Shown piece after piece: positions 51,645 through 64,000 of a DNA stretch of 64,000 bases. Made by a program: the position numbers and the translations under genes. The notes under the pieces were generated by a model. That model saw nothing but the letters and a program-made list of their open reading frames with translations. It was not told the DNA's origin and made no database searches. How positions within the stretch are numbered: the first letter of the stretch is position 1; the number at the start of each line of letters is the position of its first letter. The stretch is from Phoronis australis (Eukaryota > Animalia > Phoronida), in the NCBI GenBank assembly GCA_002633005.1, contig NMRA01000001.1, positions 2,210,933-2,274,932 on the forward strand, given 5' to 3'.

Positions 51645-52212
51645 TCTAGACAGTGGAGCTCTAATAGTCGCTTCATATGCCGGAAGCTTTTCAGCGAATT
51701 ATGACTCATACTGACTAAAAACATCAAAGTCAAGTTGTTATAAATACCTTTTGTGCATAGAGGAATACCTTAGGAGGCCGTCGATGTATTAAATTCTTTC
51801 CAACTTGAACACATACTCCTGTTATCAAACTTTTTCTTTGAGCAGTCCCTTGCCGAGTTCCCAAAACCGGTAACTCGTCATTTTCACTCTGCTCACGCCA
51901 GGGGATATGCCATCATACCACCTGCTGTGCGCAGTGTTAAAAATGGTGAGTTACCCATTTTGGGAATTAAATGAGGGACTGCTTGAAGAAAAACTTTAAT
52001 AACGCGAGTATTTTTTCAAGGAATGAATGACATCGATGGCTTCCTAAGGTGTCTATCTATGCGCAAAAGTTATTTTGAACAACGTGACTTTGATGTTTTA
52101 GTCAGTGCGAGGCATAATTCGCCGAAAAGCTTCCAGCGCATGAAGCGCCAATAGGAGCTCCACCATCCTACTGGTGGTGCCAGTAGGACGGTGGTCACTA
52201 CTCACTGTCTAG
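51645..52212. mobile_element. ~560-bp foldback (palindromic) element
   Basis: About 51645-51897 is the diverged reverse complement of about 51925-52212 (e.g. ctgactaaaaacatcaaagtca / tgactttgatgttttagtcag). One arm is also present at 49410-49551. Confidence 0.75.
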
Positions 52213-53652
52213 GCTAGCCTTGGTACAAAGCTGTATACTAAATATACAGCTTTGCACCATGTGGGTAAAAAAGTCAGGGTAAGATAAAATCTGACACAAA
52301 ATTAGGGTAATTAAAAACTAGTCTTCCTTGAGTAAACAAAATTATTTAAGGGTGTTGGAAATAATGGCATTCTACCGTTAATCTGCTGCTAAAGTAGTGA
52401 AGCAATCTTCTACGTCGGCTTTTGGTGCCATGAAATATTGCGTCACCAATTGGCCAGTTTCTTTTTTCGCTGATTCTTCAATCAAATGTTGTTCTTTCAC
52501 GAGGTTGCCTACGCGTCACAACAAATTATTGGCTCTGGTTTCATTTCATTTTAAGTTTTTAGAACTTTGATACCGAAAAACCAAATTTCAGAACAAATTT
52601 TGCTGCTGCCAAGATATCATCATCTCCCAAGAGATGTTGCAAAAATTTAGGAAATGGCACGTGACACAAGTGTACTGTTTTCAAAACGACGACATACTTT
52701 TCATTGTTAGAAAAGGTGGGGAGATACGCAAGAAAATGACATTTATTACATTGTTTTTCACTTAAACGGCTGTAACAGGCAAGGGCAAGGTGAGTGTCGG
52801 TTGATTCTCAGACTTTGTCCTTGCAAGGCATGCACCCCATCCGGTATTTAGCTTTACATGTTGATACAAGTTTCACGGCGAGGTGACGAGCAGAACTACC
52901 CTGGCTGTGTGCAATTCCTTTTCGGGGTTTACGGAAGAAATACACGCAGTGGTACCTAGCGGTATTTTGACGACAGTCTTCGTGCAGCTAGCTGGNAAAC
53001 TCGCCATGAAAACTTGGCCTCGACTTCGAGAAAACAACTTGAGGAGATGCGCACGCATCTAAACTACATCCTGTCCAAATTTCATGTTTGTATTTGAGAG
53101 TATAGTGCTCTTTTGGATAGGAGGAACAAGAGGTACTTTTTCTAAAGTTGATCGCATGGCGGAAAATCGTGCGCTAAAAACAGCTTACAAAAAATGATTT
53201 ATCAGCGACAATTTGAGACAAAAAGATTACAAACTTACAAATAAAGACTAAGGCAACGATTTATAACACAAAATTGTCTTATAGTTAACTTTGAAGTCTG
53301 AAATCGGGTAATTTACCGACGTGGGTTTTACACGGAGGCAGATATGGAGCACCGTGACCTACTTTTTGATTGTCCTCCCTACATTTGATTTTATTTTAGG
53401 GAGAACAGCATTTTTCAAAAATTTTAGAAAATGTGCATGTAATATACATCACAAGAAAGCTCTCAACAAGACTAAAAGAACGGTGCAAAAATTTCTAAAA
53501 TCGGACTTACGGTTCCGGAGAAAATGGTGTTTTTGTGTCAAATTTTTTGGTAAAAATTCTGTCAAATCAAATGTGTGAGTTTGAAATATAATGGTTACAA
53601 ATCTACGTAACCTAGACCGACATGTTATACATCATTTCAAAGAAAATTTTAT

Positions 53653-53833
53653 GATGAATAATTTGAAAAAAAGAACATTCCGATTGGACATTCCTGTGCG
53701 AAGATATTGACCTTAAAGTCAACAAAGTCGACGAAGAAAAGTNGATGAATAATTTGCAGAAAAGAACATTCCGATTGGACATTCCTGTGCGAAGATATTG
53801 ACCTTTAAGTCAACAAAGTCCACGAAGAAAAGT
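53653..53833. other. 90-bp duplication around the single N at 53743
   Basis: 53653-53742 recurs at 53744-53833 with a few substitutions. Confidence 0.8.
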
Positions 53834-55371
53834 CAGTACATTCAATTTTGTCGTTTCAAATTGGCATAAAATAACAATTACTCAAGAAAAAAATAAGCTA
53901 GTATCATTTCAAGATTTTTAATCAGGGAAGTTGAAATCTGATAATTGGTTTGGGCAAATTATTAATATTATTTTGTGACTTTTTTGTTGACATGCAGTTT
54001 GCGACTTAATTAACTTTGTCAAAATGCATTACTTAAAAAATTAAAGATAAAAAACATCATTTCAAATATGTATTGATGAAAAGTATGATAAACAAAAATT
54101 TTAATACAAGCGTCATACAGTAAATAGAAATTAAACATACTTTCCACAACAATGTAACAAAATGTAGACCTTGTCTTGAGCCATGCAGGAAAGTTCATGC
54201 TATGCCGGAAACGACAACTGCAATTTATTTATTTCCAAAGTTGTCTTGATATGAACACATAAAGGTATGTATGATGGGCAGATAAATAAAGTTCTCAAGG
54301 CATCCTCAAGGAAGGAAGGCAAAACCTTTTCACTGATTATTGACAGTGAGTACCAGCAAGTAAACAGACAGTCAGTGGAGTTCCTTACACAGACTTGTGG
54401 CCTCTTCAAGGGGCCAAACCCTTTCACTGACTATCGAAAGTCAGTGGAGTGCCTTACAGACTAATGGCATCCTCAAGGAAGGGGGGGCCAAACACTTTCA
54501 CTAAGTCAGTGGAGTACTTCACAGAGTTGTATCATCCTCAAGGAAGGGGGCTGTTAAGTCAGTGGACACAATATGGAACACTCCAGTACTTCGAGGTCCT
54601 CTTGACCAAAATCGTCCATCACCCGAAAGATGCGCACAGCCTCATCTTCAAGGCTTCATCGTAGTGGGTGAGCCAAACTCACTTGCTGACTGCAAGTAGA
54701 ATCGGTAGAAGCAGGAAAGAAGAAGGATCTGGACTAGAGCTAAAGGCAGAGTGATGAGACAGAAATGCGAGACATGATGATATGTATAATAGTAAACTGA
54801 CAAATCTAGGAATGAAATTATAAGAAAAAATGATGAAGAAAATAACAACTGGTTCGATCTACAGCAATTTCCAACAAAGGTTACCTGAATGATATAGGCC
54901 AGGCTGAGATTTTACAATCTAGACGAACCTCTGAATTGTTTTGTAAAAACTATATTCATGGTAGAAAAAAATATTGATAGCAAGTATAGTTTTTCATGGT
55001 AGTAAACATTAAGTTTTGGTTGAAAACACAGCACTGGAGTAGAAATACACAGTTGTAATATTTGTTTTCTCTAAAATTAAAATGTTTTCATATTCTATCT
55101 TGACATATGCTGGCTAAACTGTCTTGGCCAGTATGGGTGGTCCTGTCTGGCAACAAGTCAGGTCTTAGTGCCTTAGTGGCCTGACCTACAAAAATGTGAG
55201 GCAAAAATAGGAAAAAAGAACCTTAAATGAGAGAATCAATGTTCTCACAATGAGAAATTACTTTTTGGGTCTCTTTTACATTAACTTTTCAACAGGAAAA
55301 GTTGAAATGCTTTAGTTTGGATCTTTGGGAACCAAAAATTCGCCGCGGTTCGAAGGAGCACCCCTTAGCGG

Positions 55372-56808
55372 CAGTACCCGGAACTACGAAGTGAGTCAGA
55401 AAAACGCTCGATTGTCAGAAATTGACGAAGGGTCCGTTTGCAACAAGTGTTTGAAATAGTTCATTGATGAACCCTTTAGTGCGCAATATGATTCATTATG
55501 TGCACAAATTAGGAAATGTACCAATTAATTCAGGTCAAAGTTGAAGGTCGCGGGAACTGGCAACTTTTTCAACTTTTAAGTCAACGAAAGTGAAAAATAC
55601 TTACGTAATAACGTGCGCAAGGGTTTCTTCTACAAGTTCACGAAGTTTCACGCCAAAATTCGAGAGTTTAGTCTTCTGAGTTGAAAACCAATACCAGTTG
55701 TTTTTACCGGCGGCCATTTGCTTTGAAATGTAGGTCACGTCGCTGCAAAAAACTCGTGCAAAGTATTATTAAACGGATTTTGCGACGAAAAAAAAACTAA
55801 CATTTCAGTAAAATAACGTCTTATTTCATACTTTGAAGTAATTTTTATTCACATTTATTGCATTTTTGAGTGATGTTTTGCCGATTGTAATGTGCAAATT
55901 TTACACGGTGAACAGATACGCGAAGCGATTTGGTGACGTATGGGATGAACCTTCTGACGACTTCGTCCATTGATTGGCATGACATTGTATAACGGAATAA
56001 GACGAGACAACGAAAAACTTCCGCGTAAAAGAAAATAAAATATTTTACCTCGTCCGCGAATGTAAATTCTGCGGCAAAAAATCCTTTCAAATGTTTCGCA
56101 AAAAAACACTGAAGTCCACCGCTTGGTTTTAAAGGCGACCGCTAGGGTGTTAAGATACGCCAACATTTCACATTTTATCGAACAACTAAAATTAATTTAA
56201 GAATAAATTAAACATTTATTAAACTGGAATAAATAATTTCTGTTACAAAATGGCAGTTATAGTTTTGCTAAATAACTTTTTACNTTGAGTGATGTTTTGC
56301 CGATTGTAATGTGCAAATTTTACACGGTGAACAGATACGCGAAGCGATTTGGTGACGTATGAACCTTCTGACGACTTCGTCCATTGATTGGCATGACATT
56401 GTATAACGGAATAAGACGAGACAACGAAAAACTTCCGCGTACAAGAAAATAAAATATTTTACCTCGTCCGCGAATGTAAATTCTGCGGCAAAAAATCCTT
56501 TCAAATGTTTCGCAAAAAACACTGAAGTCCACCGCTTGGTTTTAAAGGCGACCGCTAGGGTGTTAAGATACGCCAACATTTCACATTTTATCGAACAACT
56601 AAAATTAATTTAAGAATAATTTAAACATTTATTAAACTGGAATAAATAATTTCTGTTACAAAATGGCAGTTATAGTTTTGCTAAATAACTTTTTACTGTA
56701 AAATCGAAAAGCTCTTAGTGGGTAGGTTTTATTTCACAATGGCTACCGAAACAGCAGGCGCGATATTTTTGAAATAAATCTACTTACATCGAAGTTATCC
56801 AGGTACTG
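55372..56808. mobile_element. Tc1/pogo-like non-autonomous element (about 1 kb after removing the artefactual duplication)
   Basis: Imperfect TIRs cagtacccggaactacgaagtgagt / acttacatcgaagttatccaggtactg|ta. Confidence 0.55.
55866..56696. other. Duplication (about 415 bp x2) around the single N at 56284, probable haplotype overlap
   Basis: 55866-56283 recurs at 56285-56696 with a 5-nt indel and a few substitutions. Confidence 0.85.
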
Positions 56809-58420
56809 TATAAGCTTATAACATTCATTGATAAATGATTTTAACATGTTTTAACACTTTCGCAGTCTGTGTACCTTTATTTCTCCTTGCAGTAGCTGCA
56901 AGTGTGCAACATCTGGTAAACACTTTACTGCCTTCACTTTTGACCCTCTTGAATTCCAAACACATCGTCGGGAAACAAACCATAAAAGCATGATAGTGTC
57001 GCTGTGCATTTGTTCAATTAAGTGAGGAGGCCATGGGACGACTCGCTGCAAGAAATAGTTTTCGTGTTTGCCTAGTTTCCAAGGTTGGAGAATGAAAGAC
57101 GGGACACCAGCCACAATTCCGAGGCAGGTAACTTGTCTTGTGGGAAGTTGGGTAAATTCCCACGAAACAACCTAGCTCAACTTGCTTACCTGCTACTGAA
57201 GGTTAATGTGTCAGCGGTTATTGTTTACAATTCGACTCTATTAACAGGCACTAGTCGGATATAAAGGACCCTAACTTATTCCAAATAAATCCACTAAGTA
57301 TAGGTCTAAATGAATGATTTTGGTATCGTTGCATTCCTCAGACATCTGGCTAATCCTTTTCACGACCCTCAATTACTCTAGTCTATAACTACGCTATTCT
57401 GAACTCTGTCCACTTTAGCCACGCCCATCGTTAAATCGGCAGCCATTCCAGGGAACTCAGTGTTCTCCACGACCTGTTTTAACTCGACGCTGTAACAAGT
57501 TTGGATTTTGCCGCGTCGAGTTTGGAAAATGCGCGTCGAGTTTGAAAAGTGCTGCGTCAGGTTTGAACTTTTGGCCTGGCTTGGCATTTCAGCCCTCGAC
57601 ACTAATGCAGGGCCTGATTATAAGTAACATCAAGCCCATTACAGAATGTTAGAGGCAGTCAACACTNTTCAGTTCCAACTTAATTCCTGTATACATGTCT
57701 CTGTATGTTATATGTGTTTATTAATAAATGAAAAAAGGTTTCACGTATTTGGTACACTGGGCCCATCTAAGTGCCTGCGTACGTCTGATGCAATGTGTAT
57801 GAGATCACTTGCACTATTATTTTTCTTGATGACTGAGAAATCATACAAAGTAATCTAGTTTTCTGTCAAAATCACAAATAATCTACATGTAGGTGTTGAA
57901 TTCTGCAAACATAATTGCCGTTGTTTATCCATACAGAATGGTTTCTCAAAACCATTACCCTTTTAGTTGACCATTTGCCTTTCTCAGAAGCTATTAAGAA
58001 CAATCACATTATTTATTACCACATTTTACGAGCTAGCTACAGTTTCAAATGACAGATCTAGATTCCCTATAAAAATCCTCATAGTTCTATTCCCATACAA
58101 TTGGAAAATCAATCCATAATAAAACCTTTCGAGGAACAGCAGTAATCAATATCAAAACAAAAGGCCGATTCTTCTAAGTGATCTAACCATAACATTAGTG
58201 AACTCATTAAAGCTTATGAAGTAAATCATTAACAGTGGGGAGTGGTTGACATACCTATTCATTATTCATGATACCTAGTGTTGGACTCCAGAACATTACT
58301 ACCACAAGGTTCTAATGTATTAGCCTTGTGAACACACCAAAGCAGTCACAACTTTTAGAACCGATTTAAAGGTTCAATTCTTGGTGCACATCGTACCAGA
58401 CCCACTCATGTGGGCCCCTG

Positions 58421-58577
58421 GAGGGGCAGATTCAGGACTTTGAGTTGGGGGAGGCCAGGGCAGAGTATTAGTCAGGACTTTGGCTGTCAGACGTTCACAC
58501 CCCGAACTGCCAAATGGAATCTGGGAGAATTTTAGGGGGGCCATGGCCCGCTTGGCCCCCCTCTAAATCCGCCACTG
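58421..58577. repeat. Member of the same GGCGGAT/ATCCGCC MITE family
   Basis: gaggggcagattcagg ... gggggggccatggcccgcttggccccctctaaatccgccactg. Confidence 0.5.
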
Positions 58578-60040
58578 AGCCCACTGCACTGATCAGCTGA
58601 AACCAATTTCATGTTTTATTAGTTAAAACTTGAGCTGAGGAGTTAGAGACCTGACTGAATGGTGGTAGATATATTATTTCATTTTTAAAGCAGCATTTTA
58701 AAGTAATGCAAATGCTCAAAATTTATCCAAATTTGATGTGGATAGATGACAGCAGTCATCAATGCTTTATCATTCAAACATTTCACAAATAGGGAAATAA
58801 AAATTTTCTTGCAGCAGTTTGATATCAAAAAATTTGACAAAGACTGCAAAATTTTATAGTAATTGAAATAAACATAGAAAGATTGATGATCTTCCGTATA
58901 TTGATTCTATTTAATGTGCTTAACATTATGCTCATGACAGTATCCCTACATGAAGGCAGTGCCCCACTTAGGTCAAATTACAGGTAATAAGGGTTAAAGG
59001 TCAAACAAACCAGCTATCATCAGTCTGCTATTGGGTTTGACACCAAATTGGCCCATTTTGTGAGTAGACACTTGACCTTGCATAAAACTCACTGCAGTAT
59101 CTTTTTACCCTTCAATCACTTGGGCAAAATGTTGATCTAACCTAGTGGGTTAGAGTGTCAGTTGTGTTAAGAGAAGTAATAACAACCCAGCATTAATTAC
59201 TAACAGAATGAATTTCACTACAAACCACAATTATGTAAAAAAGAGACAAAAGATCTCTTCTGGTCTTGACAATTTTCACTTGCCAAATATGAAACATTAC
59301 TCTTCAAGCATCGTTTTTTGGAAAAAAAATACCAAGATATTTTTGACCTTCCAAATGTTTTAAAAGTTTTGATTATCAATCAAACCACTATTAAAATGGT
59401 TACAGAACAGTATACATGTGAAGATCTGGTTGATTGAAACTAGAGGGGCCTTCAGAAAACTCAACACAAAATTCAACACACCATGTCCATGAATTCCTCC
59501 CTAGTCCAGAAATACTTTCAAACTGGAGTAAGAAACACTTGAGTCCAATAGTCTGAACAATCATTGTGGTGTCCTGATAGTCCTGGTGATCTTAATCAAA
59601 AGATATATATTTGACAAAAGGCAAACCATAATGCCTTAAACACCAGTAGGTTCAATGTTTCCACAGCAGAGATCAAAATGTTTCAAAAGCTCGTTAGTGA
59701 CTACTATACATACACATGCTTAGATCCACTTGCCTGCATCCGAAGTAAACGCATTCGTTTAAAGGAAATTTTTTGCTTAAGTGTTTCTGGCATGTAGGTG
59801 CAACCAGCCACTAGAAAGGTATTAGCGTACTAACACTATTGCTAACAGCATTACATACAGATGGATATTTATGTAAAGTAGTTCATAAATATTCTACGTT
59901 GACATTTTCAAGGTATTCAGCAAGATTATTCTTGCTATATGATGGTGTACTTTCAAGTTAATAATTGATCTCGTCAACACAACTAACACCTGTCCTGACA
60001 AAAAATTGAATAACAAACACTGATAGGTCTATATCCTTAA

Positions 60041-61714
60041 AGGAGAATGCCACCTGATTTCATTAGTCTTTTTTGCCGTCTTAATCGGTCTATCCACATC
60101 GCCTCACGACATACGGTCGACCTTACCTTGCCGAGAGGTGTTGCGTTAATCTGTGAGGAAGGTGAGAAACGAAGCAGCGACGTCAGTGGTTCATTTGCTG
60201 AGTTAATGCCGTTATGTTGCGATGCATCATTCCCGCTTGTCCGAACTATGCAGCTGTGAGGAAAGTGGGTATATCGTTCTTTTTGACTTCCTCGAGATTC
60301 CGAAATGCTTAGGAAGTGGCTCGCGGTAGTGACGAATGAAAAGTACACTGTAAGTAGCAAGTATGAGGCCGTGAAACATCTCCATGTCTGAGGCCTGCAG
60401 TCGTCGCGGGACAGTGCCTGACGAATGCTGGCTTACCGCCAAATAACTATCCATACGTTCCGTTGTCTGAGAATGTTCACGGCTCCTCTCTAGTATTCCT
60501 TCATCTCTGTATTCCGGTTCGAACTGATAGCCTGTGAAACTTAACAATTCACCTGCGAAGTCTTCGTCGGGATGAGCTCTCATCTAAGTCGGGATTGCGA
60601 GTCCATGCTGACGTTTACTACTGAGCGTTCTGTTTCAAAATGAATTATTCTCACCCTTACCAATACTTACATAAAACTGAAACAAAGTCTGTCTCATTAG
60701 ATGTAATTTGTAATACCTTTGGAGTGTTCGTGAGTGCAAATGATTTGAGAAGCCAGCAATGACTAAATCACTGCGTTACCCACTTTTGAGGTGCAATAAA
60801 ACTAATTGACGGGACACCGAGGCCGTGTGGGAGGTCATGTTTGCTGACAAAAACTGTTTTGAAACAACTCTGTTTCTATCCCAAGGCCAGGTGTTAGGGG
60901 AATCTTTATTTACATTTACATTATTAAAATAATGAATGTACACTTTCTGCCCTGACGGTTCTGTGGCCAAATCGGAACCTGAATTCGCGACCCCCGACAA
61001 GTAAGCTGAGTAGATTTGCAGTTTCGTGGCTAATTCACGAACATAATCACGGCAAGCAATTTACTTCTTTGGCTCACTAGTATAGTATTTTCTTGACTGG
61101 AAGTTTTAAGTTTCCAACTTTGGCTGGTTTGTGTTCGTGATGTCTAATCAGTTTCCGAGCCACTGGCCAGGATAACGAGTCAGTCCGCCATGACAGGCCT
61201 GATCGGGTTTCGAGCCACGGGCCAGGATAACAAGCGTTATGTGTGTTTAGAACTCAAAAATCACAAGTCTAAACAGCACAGATCTAGGTTCTCCTGTTTG
61301 TATCTCACGGAAAAATACTTCGAATTTATCTCCGAACAGACCCCAAACTCCTGCTACAGACCTTACTGGCCTGCCGAACTTTGTAGGCTACGGTGTCCAA
61401 ACACCAATAAATTCGTAACAGCGAAATAAAACAACACATTTTTATAAGAACTCGGTGTATTTTTAAGGGTTTTATATTGAAGTTTGATGATTTATTGGTG
61501 TTAAACGATAAATTCAAGCAATAAGCTGACACCAGTAACCCGTGTTGTGAATTGCTGAACAGACTGCGTGTGAAACCAATTACGTCAGTGGATAATTCCA
61601 ACACCTCCGTCTGCCGTCAGGTGTCAGGTAACGCAACTGTACGTGCCCTTATGGAGTAGAACTACTCAATCTAAACTGATACAAATTAGGTTGTTTTTTG
61701 GGTGGCATGCTCCT
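60041..61714 (-). mobile_element. Complete 1674-bp non-autonomous Kolobok-like DNA transposon
   Basis: TTAA|aggagaatgccacc ... ggtggcatgctcct|TTAA: 14-bp TIR (13/14), TTAA TSD, and AGG/CCT purine-purine ends (Kolobok, unlike piggyBac CCY). Contains the coding relic GYQFEPEY. Confidence 0.8.
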
Positions 61715-63098
61715 TTAAGCAGATAAAAAATTTAAATGTCAAGTATTAGGATTGAACTATATCTGGTAATTCTCAACTTATTTTGTACAAAATGAATTTA
61801 ATATTTTCCTCATAGTCATGGTGTGCTGATTAACTGAATACGCATATGTCGTAGTTGGATGAGCAAAATCAATGAAGTTAGGGAAGTACCACCACCAAGT
61901 GCAAGTGCAAGAATTTGATGAAATGCCAACAGGTTACCAACATGATCCATTTTGTAATAATTTAATTATTTTATCACTTTCCAATATAAAAGCTGGTGAA
62001 ACACTTTTTGAGCATATGACTCTGAGTGACACAAAGCTCAACCGGGTCACCTCATTCAGCTCACATTTACAACAGTACGAGATACTCTTTTAAGCAATTC
62101 CTAAGGAAAGTACCATCTTGCAATGGTTAGTACAGAGTAATAAATCCATCCCGAATTACACGGCAATAGAATTATTTTTTCTCCCAGAGATAAGAAAGAA
62201 AGTGACCTCGTTTTGTAAATGAGACATATTTTTGTGTCTTTCGTTAATGTCAGGAAGGTAAACGGTTTCAGATCACACATCCACGGGTATTTGTCCAGTT
62301 TATCAAGCTTTCTCACCTCAGAGTTTCAGCCCACAGCACAGCAGTAATACTTTGTTGGCAATGGAAGGACAATAGAGTAATGCAACCAAGAAAAAACTTG
62401 CAAAGAATCATACAACAACAAATAACATGTGATGTCCACCGGCACAAAAAAACAAGGCAGCAAATGTGCCTGACGGATGTTTACGGCATTATGTACAGCG
62501 AGATTCGAGTGTCACTGTGTAATCTGAGAAGGCCCTATTCACTTTCCCGTGTAGGAAATTTTCAGAAACAATCACAAAATTCACCATTTTTGAAATACCC
62601 ACGATGGAAAAACTCTGTGGTTACCACAGAGTTTCTAATTTCCCACTTATGAGAAATTCCCGCATTCAGTTGCTTGAAGTCGCTTGAGGTCAAAAGTCCA
62701 TATCAGGGAAATATGCAATGCCTATGTCTTGCCATACCAAATAAGGAGACATGGTTTGCCTTGTGGGAGAAAAATCAAGGAAGTGACGAGCAGTTGACAG
62801 GGTTTTATTTTTTGAAATTTGAAACTAATAGAAAATACTTTGATAACAACAAAATTATTTTCGTACAAACCCTATGAAATACCTGGTGAACAGGTTGAAC
62901 TCTGTTTCAGTGGCAGTGAACTACTTTCAATGTTGCAATTTAGGCTGTTTATCTGGTTCCAAGCTTCTTTAAGTTTAAGGGGTGAATATGCAGTGTTCAA
63001 ACCTTGTCAACACTCTTAAAAGGGTACTCTAGAATAAATTACGGGCTTTGCATCAATGTTTCCTCAGCGGAAGAAAATGACCAAGCCGTAGGTGAGAG

Positions 63099-63178
63099 CA
63101 CAGGCACCTTTAAGTAGCCCTCTACAATATAATATAATATTATATTATACTGTAGAGGAGTACTTAAAGGTGCCTGTG
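63099..63178. mobile_element. 80-bp palindromic MITE with 7(-8)-bp TSD (P-element-like ends)
   Basis: cacaggcacctttaagtagccctctaca ... tgtagaggagtacttaaaggtgcctgtg with an AT-rich centre, flanked by GTGAGAG on both sides (63092-63098, 63179-63185). Confidence 0.85.
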
Positions 63179-63427
63179 GTGAGAGATTCACGAAAGTACC
63201 CTCCTGCGAAATAGCTTAGAAAACTTTAAACATACTTATTTTTTCAAATAATTTTGGATGCGCGAAATGATCGAGTTAGTGTTTTCGAGTGGAGATTTAC
63301 CGTAGAGCTGGCCAACCAGGAATACGGCCGCGGATATTAGTAGGCTAAAAAAATCGGCATAGACATCGAGCCGTAAATGTTATGATTAAATTTTAATTTT
63401 TAAATGACATGGCGGTAACCAACTTAC

Positions 63428-63610
63428 CTCTGAAAAACAGCTGATTAACACACAGGCCGACATCCGCAGTGAGCAAAAACAACATCAAAACAGTCCTCAT
63501 GCTCATCTTAAAATCGCCACCGGGACGAGGAGTCCAACTCGACGGTCAAAAATTCAGCGTTCGGGCACCCTAGGGCCACTACAGAAGGACAAACTAACGA
63601 CGCCAATGGC
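63428..63610 (-). other. Candidate first exon and CpG-rich promoter of the minus-strand (probably TMEM229B-like) transcription unit
   Basis: Strong minus-strand donor GAG|GTAAGTT at 63428/63427. CpG-rich stretch at about 63240-63660, CCAAT at 63603-63607, and a YY1-like acatggcgg at about 63407-63415. Assignment to TMEM229B is inferred. Confidence 0.55.
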
Positions 63611-64000
63611 CAAAGTTCCGATACTACCGCGGCATGAGTGTGTTACCCTCTACGCGCACGTAAGAAGTATTGATAACGACATTAGTCACGGGCAATAAAC
63701 ATGTGAATCTTTCACGAACATGCTGCTTTCCTGTATCATAAATATCACTACAGAATAAACATGGTCTCGAAGAGTCCATTTCCGATTTAGGGAGAGTGAG
63801 TAGTAATAGCCACATGAAAGAACTGCTTGGTCAGTCGCAATTATTTTCCCGGGCTTCGTTTCAACTGCAAACTCATTCTCCGGGTACTCAGTACTTCACA
63901 TTCACGAATCACTTGAGCCTCCACACTGGCACACAGTATTCAGAAGGCCTATGACTTGGGGAACCATGTGTTGGGCGTTTCATTTTCCGTTATAAAAACG

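Noticed and set aside
56781-56810. Strong minus-strand donor (GAT|GTAAGT)
   Set aside because: It lies within the TIR of the 55372-56808 element.
60037-61718. piggyBac assignment based on the TTAA TSD
   Set aside because: The termini are AGG...CCT rather than CCY...RGG, which fits Kolobok.

Overview
AT-rich, intron-rich animal genomic DNA, most consistent with a marine invertebrate (species not determinable here), from an apparently heterozygous draft assembly with one ~103-N gap and several single-N joins flanked by duplicated sequence. Two genes are recognisable and lie tail-to-tail. (1) A Pax1/9 paired-box gene on +: main exon 13394-14136, a predicted 18-nt exon at 5438-5455, and a candidate first exon and TATA/CCAAT promoter at about 4660-4817. 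(2) A TMEM229B-like gene on -: single-exon CDS 37580-38164, an inferred first exon at about 63428-63600 and an inferred 3' end near 34430. Most remaining ORFs look spurious. The rest of the window holds non-autonomous transposons: Kolobok-like elements with a KolX-like relic, Harbinger-, hAT-, P- and Tc1/pogo-like MITEs, foldbacks and a LINE relic. The most unusual signal is a Helentron/DINE-1-like element whose ~150-bp tandem monomers each carry a co-oriented CTCF-consensus-like motif, about 16 in two clusters.
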